Positions 19,072 to 29,100 of a stretch of DNA of 51,643 nt are shown one piece after another. Position 1 is the first letter of the stretch. Each line of letters begins with the position of its first letter. The DNA is taken from contig JBJTQJ010000110.1 of assembly GCA_046075565.1 (NCBI GenBank), positions 1 through 51,643 on the forward strand, written 5' to 3'. The DNA comes from Verrucomicrobiales bacterium (GTDB lineage: Bacteria; Verrucomicrobiota; Verrucomicrobiia; Verrucomicrobiales; SLCJ01). Position numbers and translations under genes: made by a program. The notes beneath the pieces were generated by a model. The model did no database searches. It had not been told where the DNA came from and saw only the letters and a list, made by a program, of their open reading frames with translations.

Positions 19072-22000
19072 TCACGCCTGACGCCGCATCTTGCGCGCAA
19101 AGGCGGCGGTGATGGCCGGGATGGCGAGCAGCAAGATCAACCAGAGGTAGGCTTTCTTGGACGTGCCACGTTCCATGCCGATGCTCAAGGCCAGCGGCTG
19201 GCTGCCATCGACTTGCACGCCGCGCGTGAAGGTGTGGCGCGCGCCCTGTTCTGGCAGAGCGATGTCGAGACTGCGCAGGGTTGGCGTGGCGGCGGCTTGC
19301 TGGCTGACGATCCGGTCGGCGAGTCGATTGAGCGTGCTCGTCTCCTCATAGGTGTTTCCTTCCATGAGTTGTTGGAATTGGCGCGGATCGTATTCACCGC
19401 GGCCTTGCAGGAGCGGGTTCTCCCTGGCGGCCTTCTCGAATTGTTCGTTGGCCACCGCGCCGCTCGTTCCGGCATTATCGAGCAGCAAACGCTGGCGCAT
19501 TGTATTCAATCCCACCACCGCTTGTTGGGTCTGCAGGTTGCGCAATTGAACCCGCGCATCCTCGTTCGACGGTGCATCAAGCGCACCATTGGCGGCGGCT
19601 TGATTGAAGAACGATTTGGCCATCTCGGTTTTCCCTTCGGCAAGCCAGCGGTTGCCTTCGGCGAGATCGCTTGATCCCCGCGCGGACTGGCTTTTCTTTT
19701 TCTCCACAACCGAACCAAGATACGAATCCAGGTTGAAGATTGGTGTTCCTGCTCCCGCTTGTTCGCGGAGGATGAGCCCTCCCTTGTGCTCCGCGAGGCG
19801 GTGACCTTCCGGCAGCACGAGATCCCATTCCACATCTTCGATGGGCACATCGAGCGCCGGACCCGACAGATCGATTTGTTTTCCAGTTTTTCCGCGGCTG
19901 ACATACGAGAAAGCAACCGCGATCGGTTCGTTGGCATCAGGTCCGGGAAGCACGTGGAAAAGTATCGCCTTGCCTTCGCGGGCGAGAGCGGTGTTCTGTT
20001 CGTTCACGGTCAGCGAGAGGAGTTCGCTGCCTTCCGGCAGGGTCAGACGCAGGCTCGATTTTTCACCGGCGCGCACGGCCAAATCCACCCGCGTCAGCGA
20101 GTGCCCGTGGGGCGAAAGCACGGAGGACAACTTCGCTTTTTGCACGCGCAGCTTCAGCACTTCGGCCATTTCCTGGCGGCGCAGGGAGATGCCAAGTGGT
20201 GTTTCCGGCTCAACGGCCCGGAAACAAAGCGCGGGCGCGCCGCTGTCGGTTGGATCGACAAGCTCCGATGGCACGCCGGGCCAATCGGCACGGTGCCAGC
20301 CTTTGCCCGGCGCGGGCGCGTCGAGTTCGATGCGACCGGTGGAGCGAACAGCGAGGAACGAAGACGACTGGCGCGCATCCGGCAAAGTGGCCATGGCGAT
20401 ATCGAGTTTGGAGGTGTCTCCGCCGAGTTTGCGTTGGAAGCGGATTTCCACGGGGATCTCGCCGAGCACGCCGCGTTGAAAGCGCAGTTCCCACAAGTCC
20501 TGCTCACCAGCCACGGGCAGAAGATCCGCCACGGCCTCGCCGGTGGCGCGCGCGCTGCGCGCATCCTCGGCATCGAGATTCGGCAAACGGATGCGAGTCG
20601 AACGGATGGCGGCATTCTCGACCTTCAGGCGCAGGGCGATGCGTCCGCGCATCTGACCGTCGCGCAGCGTCAGATCCTGCAACAAACGCGCGGTCACCCA
20701 CGGTTCGAGTTTCTCGATGGCCAGCGACAATTTCCAATCCCCTTGCAGCAAGCGGAAAACCAGCGCGCCGGGGCGGCCGGGTTTGGCATCTTCTCCGGCT
20801 TCCTGGGTCACATGCTGGCGGGCGAGCGGTCGCACCTGGATGCCGCGATCGGGCACGAGGGTGAGACGACCGCTCTGGCGGGTGGCTTCACGCAAGGCAA
20901 GCCGCGGCACATCCCAGTTGGCACGCGCTCCGGGGAATGGACCGGACAAAGTGATCGCGAATTTCGCCGCGCCGATAGTGCGTCCGTTCAGATGAAGCGT
21001 GACCACGCGGTCCTTGCCCACGCCGGCTTCCGTCCAATGGGAAAGCACATCACCACTGGCAGCTTCCACCTCGAGGCCTTCCGGCACGGCGAAGCTCAAT
21101 TGGAAGATTCCCGCCCGAGTGATCGCGCATTCGATGTCGGCCGCGATGGTCAGCCGCTCCTCGCCGATGGAGACCGTCTGCCTAACAACCGATTTGATCT
21201 CCGGTTGCACCGGCATCAGTTTGACCTCGATGGAGGAATCGACACCGGTGTGGCGGAAAACCTTCTGCGGGAGAATCGTCGCTTTGCCGCGTCCGAGGAG
21301 TTCGCGATCAAAGTCCCCGCCATCCATATCAGCCATCTTCTTCGGCGTTATGGTGTCGGTCTGGGCGTCGCCTCCGGGTGCGATGCCCGTCATGCCGACT
21401 TCTCCCGCCGCGCCTTCGACGTGCAACGGCTCGATATTGGCGGTGTAGGGAAGATCGCCAGTCGGACGTTGGGTGATCACCTCGATAAGGAAGGCGCTGC
21501 TCTGCGCAGGGGCGAAGACCAGCGACAGGGCGCGGGCCGAAGGATCAAATTTCCAATCGGCAAGTCCAGGCGCACGCACGTCACCGACGGTGAATTTTTC
21601 CGGCACCCGCAGGACAAGCTTGCCCACCTGTCCTTGCGTCGGGCGAATGTTGATACGATGGCGTCCGTTGATGATGCCGGCCGATGGAACGTAAAGGTTC
21701 GACACTTCGGCGAAGAAACGGAGCGGCTCGGCGGAAGCGTCGCGCGGGCGCGGGGAGAGCACCACCGATGCAGCGGCGGGCGCGAGCACGAGGGCATCGC
21801 CACTCTGGCCTGCGGGAAGTCCGGCGATGGGCGTGGCCTTGATGGACGACACGCTCGCCGCCATCCAATCGGGACGCTCAAAGACCACCCGGAGAGTATT
21901 CACCGGGGCGTTGGGAGTGGGCAATGCGATCTCGAGAGCTTTTTCCTGGGCGCGGAATTCATAACGGAACGACAGATTCAGTCGCCCGTCGCGTTCGGCC

Positions 22001-25000
22001 ACGGCGAGATAATCGGCATCGGCTTGGGCCGAAGCGCGGGCGATACGCACGCCGTCGCCTTCGAAGGCGGAGAGCGTGTGCCCGCCATTCAGCACCTTTA
22101 CGGTTTCGCCGGTTTTCGCTTCCACGACCATTTTTACGCTGGCCACACCACGTTCACCACGCACGAGCCATTCTTGTTCCACCGAGGAGAGATCGGCGGC
22201 ACGGAGGTTCGTCGCAGAGAAACCGAGGCAGGCCAAGAGAACGAGCGCGGCGGCCGGGGGAACCGGCGGAGCGGAAGGGGAAAACAATTTCTTGAGTATC
22301 GGTAGCATGGAAAAGAAACCGAGGAGAGCGAGGAGCAGGAACCACAATGGGGTGCCGTAGGCCGTGCTCAAAACGGCGGCTCCTAACAAAGCCCAGCCAA
22401 CTGGAGCGAAAAGACCCGACAATCCGCCCCGGCGGTGGCGAGCCAACCACGCGGCGGCCAGCAGTAGCAGGGCGGAAAATCCGAGCGCGATAGATGTCCA
22501 TGGAATGGAAGCTTGCCAAGCAGGCATGTTCCGCACCTCCACGATCATGCCTTCCCCGGCCGGAACAACGGGCGCGGCGAATTGCAGGCGGAAGGAATCG
22601 TTTGCGGACACGCCGCGCGGGCTACTGAGGGCGAGTGCCAGGGCCCACAAGATGGCGAAGGCTCCGATGACTGCCCCCATCCAAGGAAGGCGCCCTCCTA
22701 CAAGGAGCGCGAGGACGATCAGCAGTCCCATAAACGCGCTTCCAAGCAGCAACCGCTTCCAGGGCAAAGAGCTCAGGAAGGATCGTTGATCCGGTCCGAC
22801 GGGCAGAATATTTCCTCCGGCGGGAGCGAGTGCGCGCCCCCGGTCGGCGGAGATTTCCCATTCACCCATGGCGGTCGGCACCTCGGCCACCGGAGCAATG
22901 AGCCGGGCTTTCCCTCCGCTGACGGCGGTTTGTCCGTAACGCAAGGTCACTTCCACCGGCGTGACGGTATCGGTGGTAGGCGGCAAAGGAATCAACGTTG
23001 TCTGGCCATCGAAGCGGGCGTTCACGGGTTGGCCGGCGGCGCGTGCTTCCCAGAGGGTCGCACCTTCGGGCAATTTCAGGCGCAACGAACCTTGGCCGCG
23101 CGATTTCACGAACCAACGGGCTTCGGTGACGATTTGTCCGTCCCAAGCCACCGTGCTGGCAAGGCGGGCGAAATCGATCATGCTGGCGGCGGTTTCGGCC
23201 GACTCGAAACTTTCGATGTTCATCTCGATGGCGAACGGGCGTTCGTTGTATTGGAAAATGGCCAACGAGGGCGAGGAACTGAGGAATTGTTTGTCGGGCG
23301 GCAGCTCGCCCGCTTCGAGACGGAGAAGATTGCCTTCCGCTTTCGTGACGGCATGGCGAACCTGGTATGGGCTAACAATCTGCACGACACCACGTTCGCC
23401 CTGCACACCGAGCGGACGGATGCGGCCCGGTTGCAAGGTCGCACCGCGTGCGGGCAGTGGTTGCTCGAACGTTAAAAGCACCGTCGAAGCGCCGAGCGAT
23501 GGTTTGTGCAGCGAGACGATGATCTCGCCGCCTTTCCGCCGCCATGCGCGCACGCCTTGTCCGTCGATCAATAGATTTCCCGAGCCCTCCGGCACTTCGA
23601 AGCGCCATTCCGATGATGGTGAACCGGCGGTAAAGAAGTTCACCAATACGCTCACCGTTTCCATACCCTCGCGCAGGGTGTGAAGGTGGAACAAATCCGC
23701 CTGCACGTTTTGGCCGAGGGCGGTCACATCAAAGCGGGCTTTCCAAACGCCATCACGGATGCGGTAGGCGTGTTGCAGGCCGGGAGTCTGGCGCGGGAAA
23801 TAGGCGGGTGGAGTTTCGGCAAGTCCTTCGAGTTTGCCCGGCGTTGGTCGGAATCCCGGAGTGGCCGCGACACCGACAAATCCGCGCGTCGTCTTCACAC
23901 CGGGGAACCCGAGCACGGGAAGGTCCCACGCTCCAGCGGAGGCGGCCGTGTTCTTTTCAAAACGCAAGCTGATCAACTGACGGCCAATGACCGCATCGCC
24001 GAAAAGGATACGCAGGCGCCGTTGGCCGGAACCAGTCTCGCCACCCAGAACATGGTCGGCCACCTGCGCGCCCGCGATGGATGCGACCGAATGATTGGCG
24101 GGCACGAGGATTTCCCATTCGCGGATGGGCGCGTCGCGCACCTCCAATTCGAGTTCAGCCGAGAGCACGCGATCGGTCTCGCCCATTTCATGCACGAGCA
24201 CTTGGTTCACGGAAAGCTCCGGCACCATGGCGTCCACGCCTAAGGTCATTGAATAGTCCGGAATCGGAAAACGATAGACGAGCACCTGGCGGGCATTGGT
24301 GGCCGCGGCTTCGCCTGTCCATTGTTCCGGGGATAGCTGCATGAGTCCTTGCGGATCGCGTGCTTCCACCCGGGTGGCTCCGATGGATGTCACGCGCAGG
24401 GCACCCGCATGGCGGGTTTCTCCGGTCACGGGTGTCACGCGCAAAGGCGAGGCCGTCGCCGGCAAGGCTCCCAAGGGCAGTTGGCTTTGCACCCGCAGGG
24501 CGGACGCTTGGCGGATGGCACGCGCGAACTTCACATTGAGCACGCGGGATTTATCAGGTCCATCCGCGACATTCCACGCCGCGACATCTTCGCCAAAGAC
24601 AGAGAGGATTTCGCCCGCGCCATCGAGACGGAAGTCGAGTTCGCGGAATTCCCCTTGCAAGGCGCGGATGGAAAAGGTCGTGTCCTGTTTGGCCACCGCG
24701 GCGGTGACAATCATGTCCACGCTGGCGATGGAGTTGAGATAAAGTTTGCCATCTTTGGCCAGACCGGCCTCGCGCCAGCGAGGGGCGAATCGACCGTCAG
24801 GTGGCAGGAAAGCGGTGAACGCACCCCCTTCGGCCACCGGCAAAACGGTGGATGCCGGATCAAACTCGATGGTCGCTCCAAGGCCGCGCAGCAGCACCGG
24901 CATGACGACGGATCCCGCGAGGGTGAAATCCGGGCCATTCCATGCGCCACTGGCACCGACAGCAGCGGCGATGGGGACACGGAGCGGATAATCGCGTGCT

Positions 25001-25863
25001 TCGGAAAAGACCAGACGGGTTTTGCCATCAACCACACGAACCCGCACGGCCGGGTCGTTTGGCAAACCTAACAACACCACATTTCCCGTGAGCAGGACAA
25101 TTTCCGCATCCGCCCGGCGCACACGTGCGGTTCCGATCCATTCGCCTTCAAAAACTTTGCCGTCGGGAGAGAGGGCGAGATCAACACGAGCGTCGGCCCA
25201 ATCCACGACGGACTCTCCACCGGGAGGTGAAACACGGATGCGCAGGCGCGGTTGGCCGGTGGCGACGAAGGATTTCGTATTGCCATCGTTTTTCGTTTCC
25301 ATGAGCCCGTCGCTTTCGAGCACGCGCGCGTCAACGCCTTCGCCGGGGCGGAGAATGACCCGCCCGGCGAATCCGGCCGCTCCGGCGTCGCCGGCGAGAA
25401 CGGGAGAAACTTCACCCGGCAGCGCGGGGACATTTGTTTTCATCGTGATCGAAATCTCGAAGCCCGCGGGGGCGGGTTGGTTGGGGGCAAGTGGTTGGAA
25501 GCGGACGTCGAGCCAGCGTTTTCCACCAGCGCCCGGTTCCGAACGGGTTGCCCAGCCGGCGATGCCGTTACCATCCACCGAGATTACATAGCCATCCCCG
25601 TGCAGGGCGAGGCTCACGAGATCGGGTTTGCCTTGCAAGACCCTTCCTTTCACGCTCAGTGCTTGGGCGATGTTTTCAGCCTGCGGCACCAAGATTGAAT
25701 CCACTTCCACTGCATACAAAAAGGCCGGTTCCTTCGGCACGCGGCCGGCATCGACCACGAGCAGACCAGCTTCGGGAACTTGCACGTTTTGGGCCGAGAG
25801 CGGAGAGAATGGAGTGGCGAGGGCGAAGAAGATTCCGGCAAGGAGGAATGGATGCGTTTTCAT
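19072..25863 (-). CDS. Giant (~2263 aa) repeat-containing membrane protein of unknown function
   Basis: Signal peptide from ATG 25863 (MKTHPFLLAGIFFALATPFSPLSA-Q); repeated beta-rich modules, central multi-TM bundle, C-terminal TM with basic tail. The ORF-track extension to 26109 runs through a REP element. Confidence 0.85.
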   Translation of the reverse strand: MKTHPFLLAGIFFALATPFSPLSAQNVQVPEAGLLVVDAGRVPKEPAFLYAVEVDSILVPQAENIAQALSVKGRVLQGKPDLVSLALHGDGYVISVDGNGIAGWATRSEPGAGGKRWLDVRFQPLAPNQPAPAGFEISITMKTNVPALPGEVSPVLAGDAGAAGFAGRVILRPGEGVDARVLESDGLMETKNDGNTKSFVATGQPRLRIRVSPPGGESVVDWADARVDLALSPDGKVFEGEWIGTARVRRADAEIVLLTGNVVLLGLPNDPAVRVRVVDGKTRLVFSEARDYPLRVPIAAAVGASGAWNGPDFTLAGSVVMPVLLRGLGATIEFDPASTVLPVAEGGAFTAFLPPDGRFAPRWREAGLAKDGKLYLNSIASVDMIVTAAVAKQDTTFSIRALQGEFRELDFRLDGAGEILSVFGEDVAAWNVADGPDKSRVLNVKFARAIRQASALRVQSQLPLGALPATASPLRVTPVTGETRHAGALRVTSIGATRVEARDPQGLMQLSPEQWTGEAAATNARQVLVYRFPIPDYSMTLGVDAMVPELSVNQVLVHEMGETDRVLSAELELEVRDAPIREWEILVPANHSVASIAGAQVADHVLGGETGSGQRRLRILFGDAVIGRQLISLRFEKNTAASAGAWDLPVLGFPGVKTTRGFVGVAATPGFRPTPGKLEGLAETPPAYFPRQTPGLQHAYRIRDGVWKARFDVTALGQNVQADLFHLHTLREGMETVSVLVNFFTAGSPSSEWRFEVPEGSGNLLIDGQGVRAWRRKGGEIIVSLHKPSLGASTVLLTFEQPLPARGATLQPGRIRPLGVQGERGVVQIVSPYQVRHAVTKAEGNLLRLEAGELPPDKQFLSSSPSLAIFQYNERPFAIEMNIESFESAETAASMIDFARLASTVAWDGQIVTEARWFVKSRGQGSLRLKLPEGATLWEARAAGQPVNARFDGQTTLIPLPPTTDTVTPVEVTLRYGQTAVSGGKARLIAPVAEVPTAMGEWEISADRGRALAPAGGNILPVGPDQRSFLSSLPWKRLLLGSAFMGLLIVLALLVGGRLPWMGAVIGAFAILWALALALSSPRGVSANDSFRLQFAAPVVPAGEGMIVEVRNMPAWQASIPWTSIALGFSALLLLAAAWLARHRRGGLSGLFAPVGWALLGAAVLSTAYGTPLWFLLLALLGFFSMLPILKKLFSPSAPPVPPAAALVLLACLGFSATNLRAADLSSVEQEWLVRGERGVASVKMVVEAKTGETVKVLNGGHTLSAFEGDGVRIARASAQADADYLAVAERDGRLNLSFRYEFRAQEKALEIALPTPNAPVNTLRVVFERPDWMAASVSSIKATPIAGLPAGQSGDALVLAPAAASVVLSPRPRDASAEPLRFFAEVSNLYVPSAGIINGRHRINIRPTQGQVGKLVLRVPEKFTVGDVRAPGLADWKFDPSARALSLVFAPAQSSAFLIEVITQRPTGDLPYTANIEPLHVEGAAGEVGMTGIAPGGDAQTDTITPKKMADMDGGDFDRELLGRGKATILPQKVFRHTGVDSSIEVKLMPVQPEIKSVVRQTVSIGEERLTIAADIECAITRAGIFQLSFAVPEGLEVEAASGDVLSHWTEAGVGKDRVVTLHLNGRTIGAAKFAITLSGPFPGARANWDVPRLALREATRQSGRLTLVPDRGIQVRPLARQHVTQEAGEDAKPGRPGALVFRLLQGDWKLSLAIEKLEPWVTARLLQDLTLRDGQMRGRIALRLKVENAAIRSTRIRLPNLDAEDARSARATGEAVADLLPVAGEQDLWELRFQRGVLGEIPVEIRFQRKLGGDTSKLDIAMATLPDARQSSSFLAVRSTGRIELDAPAPGKGWHRADWPGVPSELVDPTDSGAPALCFRAVEPETPLGISLRRQEMAEVLKLRVQKAKLSSVLSPHGHSLTRVDLAVRAGEKSSLRLTLPEGSELLSLTVNEQNTALAREGKAILFHVLPGPDANEPIAVAFSYVSRGKTGKQIDLSGPALDVPIEDVEWDLVLPEGHRLAEHKGGLILREQAGAGTPIFNLDSYLGSVVEKKKSQSARGSSDLAEGNRWLAEGKTEMAKSFFNQAAANGALDAPSNEDARVQLRNLQTQQAVVGLNTMRQRLLLDNAGTSGAVANEQFEKAARENPLLQGRGEYDPRQFQQLMEGNTYEETSTLNRLADRIVSQQAAATPTLRSLDIALPEQGARHTFTRGVQVDGSQPLALSIGMERGTSKKAYLWLILLLAIPAITAAFARKMRRQA

Positions 25864-25951
25864 GGCGATGGGATGTGGGAGAGAATTCAGAAGCGAAGAA
25901 CTACGCGGTTCATTATTTGAGTGCGGCTGCGAAGCTGAGTGCGTCGCGCAT

Positions 25952-26063
25952 GTGTTGGAGTGCGCTGGCAGAGGGAGCCTGCGAGCGCCGACAGCGCTTT
26001 TCAGGGCGATCGGCTCCACCTGACAAAGCGGTGTCATGCTTCGCGTGCCACCGCAGTCCGACA
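25952..26063 (-). repeat. REP-like palindromic element, copy 2 (inverted relative to copy 1)
   Basis: 25958-25980 gagtgcgctggcagagggagcct is the exact reverse complement of 18860-18882; gacagcgcttt and caaagcggtgtc blocks also shared. Confidence 0.8.
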
Positions 26064-26189
26064 CTTGCGCCGGACATTCGCTCTGCGCCATGCGTGCCGC
26101 CTGGCACAACCGGTCTACAGATCCGGAACATGGGGTGGGCTTGGGGAGTTGGAAAGTTGAAGGAGCGGCGATTCATCTCCGATTGATGT

Positions 26190-29100
26190 TCATCGGCGCT
26201 GGCGGACTTGCTCCCACATGGCGAGCAAGGTGGCGACGCGCGAATCGCCGGGGAAAGCCGAGCGCAGTTTGACTTGCACGTTGACGAGAGAAGCCGGGTC
26301 CACGCTTTGACCGATGGGCGATCCGCGGAGGGATTCGGCGAGCAAACCGGCGGCGGCGGCGAGTTGCATGGAAGGAGCGGCTTGGTCGAGCGCGGGAGTG
26401 GACGGGTCATAGGGAATGGTCCAGTTGCGTTCGACCATACGACCGGTGGTCGTGTCTTGGAAGCGCACCGCCACATCACCAATGTCGCCGTGTCCGTCGG
26501 CGCGCATGCGCACTTGATAGAGGGCGTTTCCTTGTTCGGCGGCGGCGAGTTCGGCGGCATCCACGCTGTCGTCGCGGAAGTCTTCTTCGTTGAGCAGGTG
26601 TTTTTCGAAACCGAAGAGCTGGTAGGCTTCGACCCGTTCGGGATTGAATCGCACCTGGACTTTCACGTTGCGCGCGGCCGGGCGGAAGGCACCGGCGAGT
26701 TGTTTGGCGACCGAATTCTCGCCTTCGGCATCAAGCACGAGATATCGTCCGTCGCCGCGGCGGGTCATGGCTTCGAGCACGTTGTCGGCGAGGTCGGCCG
26801 TCCCGACTCCACAGGCGTCGAAGGCGATGCGCTGACGGCGGAGCGCCTCGACGCGGGCGCCGAGGGCTTCCGGATCGATTTGCCCGAGGTTGGCCGCGCC
26901 ATCGGTGAAGAGAACGACCCGATTCTGCGCACCGGGTTTGGCCTGACGGGTCGCCACTTCGGAGGCGAGATCAAAAGCGGCTTCGAGATTCGTGCCACCT
27001 TGGGGCGGGGAGTTGCGGATGAGTGCCGGAACTTTGGCGGCCTGGTCTCCGCTGATGCGGTCGGCGAGCAAGTGCGGTTCGCGGGCGAAGCCGATGACCG
27101 TGAGGGTGTCGTCTTTTCCTAACAACCCGGCAAGTTCACCGAGGGCGCGTTCCATGGCCTCGACGCGGTCGGGACGTTCCATGGAACCGGATTGATCGAC
27201 GAGCAGAACGAGAGAGAGCGGCTGGCCTTGGGCGCGTCCATCGGCAGCAGTGCGCACCCCGATGCGCACGAGATTGCGTCCCGGCACGAACGGTTGGCCG
27301 GATTGCTGGATGACAGCCGACACGGCCTCGCCGCGGGCGGGCATGGCATCGCCGTAGTCCATGGCATTGACATAGTCCTCGGCGCGCACCGATTCAGGTG
27401 GCACGGGAGCGCCGCCTAACAAAGCGCGCGCACCAAGCTGGAACGAGGCATCGGAGACGTTCAATGAGAAGGTGGAAACCGGCTCGGCGTCCGTGAGCTT
27501 GTTCTCCATGGTCGGAGCGGCTTGCTGCTGCTCAGGCGCGGGTGATTTTTCCTGCGATTTGGGTTTTTCTGGTTCGGCGGCGAAGGGATCGGCAGCGGCC
27601 TCCTCCTGCAGGGACGAGAAGGGATCGCCGGCGGAATCGTCCGGCCCGGAGGCGAAGGGATCCACATCCGCACCGGATTTCTTCTCACCTTTCTCACCTT
27701 CGATTTCAAGTTTCCCGGCAAGTTCCCCTCCACCACCGGCCGGAGCATCCGCGGACGGCGCTGTTTCCTCCAAGCGATCTTGGAAGAGGCGCCCGACGAC
27801 CGGGACCTCGCCCATTTGTGCCGAGGCGGCAAGATCGAACCTCGAGACATTCTCGCGCACCGCACCGCCGACCGAGTTGGGCAACTCCGGTGGATCGTAC
27901 TCGGTGGGGAAAACCATCGTGTTGCCGAAGGAATCGACGCGTTCTTCGAAATCCGTCGGGGTCGGGGGGGTGGCAGGGAAAAATGTTCCGGCGGCGATGC
28001 CGCCTGACTGGTTCATGGACTGCGGCTCGATTTCGGAAACCACACCAACATCGCCGGGTTTCAACTCGCGGACGACCTCGACCTTTGCCACATCTTCGCG
28101 CAGGCTGAGTTCGCCGGGCTTCTCATTTTTGCCTGACAAAATTGAGTCAATTTGGCCACGGCTGACGGGAGCATCTCCGGAGCGACGCCCATTGGTGACG
28201 CCGTTAATTGGTTCTCCCATGTTTGTGAAGCCTTCGAACGAGAGGCTGCCATTCCTCGCCACGGTGCCACCGCCGTTGCTGTTGCCATCGGAGAGCTCAA
28301 CGCTGCCCGAACCAGTCTTTTTGAAGGCGGATTCCGCATCTTTGTCTTTTCCTTCCGCCAGATCGGAGGTGCCAAACCACGTATCCTGACCACTCCGGGC
28401 TTTCCTGTTTTCGTCGGCGACCGTCAAGTCATAGTCGAGTTCCTCGTTGTTCTTCTGGCGGATTTCGAGATGCTTGGTTGCGATGGCGACCTGCTGGGGC
28501 TTCAACTCTCCGGCGACATTGATGCTGCCACTATTGTCGGCCACCAACGGCGCGGGGGGCGGCGCAGGCTCTGGCAATGGTTGGGCGAACGCCACGGCGG
28601 GCGAAGACGGTGCGCCGGGAGGCGAAGCGGCGACTTCACTTCTATCCTCTGTCTGTCCCAAACCAAATCGGATTGTCTCGCCAGAACTGCTACCAGTTTC
28701 AGCCAGTCTACTATAGTGCGCCGCGCTCTGAGGGCCCGCCTCGTTAGCGGCCAGCGCGCCGCTAACGTCTTTCGTCGTGCTGCGAAACAGGTCGGCGGGC
28801 GTTTCTTTGGCGAGGGCGACCATTTGCTCATCGCTTTCGCGCGGAGCTTCGGATTTCGTCACCTTGGCGGAGTAGCCAGGTCGACCGGATGAGGCGGAGA
28901 AGAACAAACTGCTGAAAACAACAAGCCCGAAAACCATGCAGGCGACATAAAGAAGATTACGGGAATCGAATCGCCGTTTCTTCCGGGCGGGCATGGCCAT
29001 GGCCTGCGACGCAGGCATCGGTGCCCCAAGGCCGAGCAGGAGTTTGCCGCGGCGTTCGGGTTCCATTTTCCAGATGTCTTCCGCGCCACCTCGGGTGGCT

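Noticed and set aside
19759-22305. 848-aa plus-strand ORF
   Set aside because: Entirely antisense to the giant membrane gene; no recognisable domain.
25864-26109. 82-aa N-terminal extension of the giant protein in the ORF track
   Set aside because: Translates through a REP-like palindrome; the signal peptide begins at ATG 25863.
27781-28499. A functional secretin gene or domain
   Set aside because: Motifs are short, permuted and separated by low-complexity sequence; not enough contiguous strands for a barrel.
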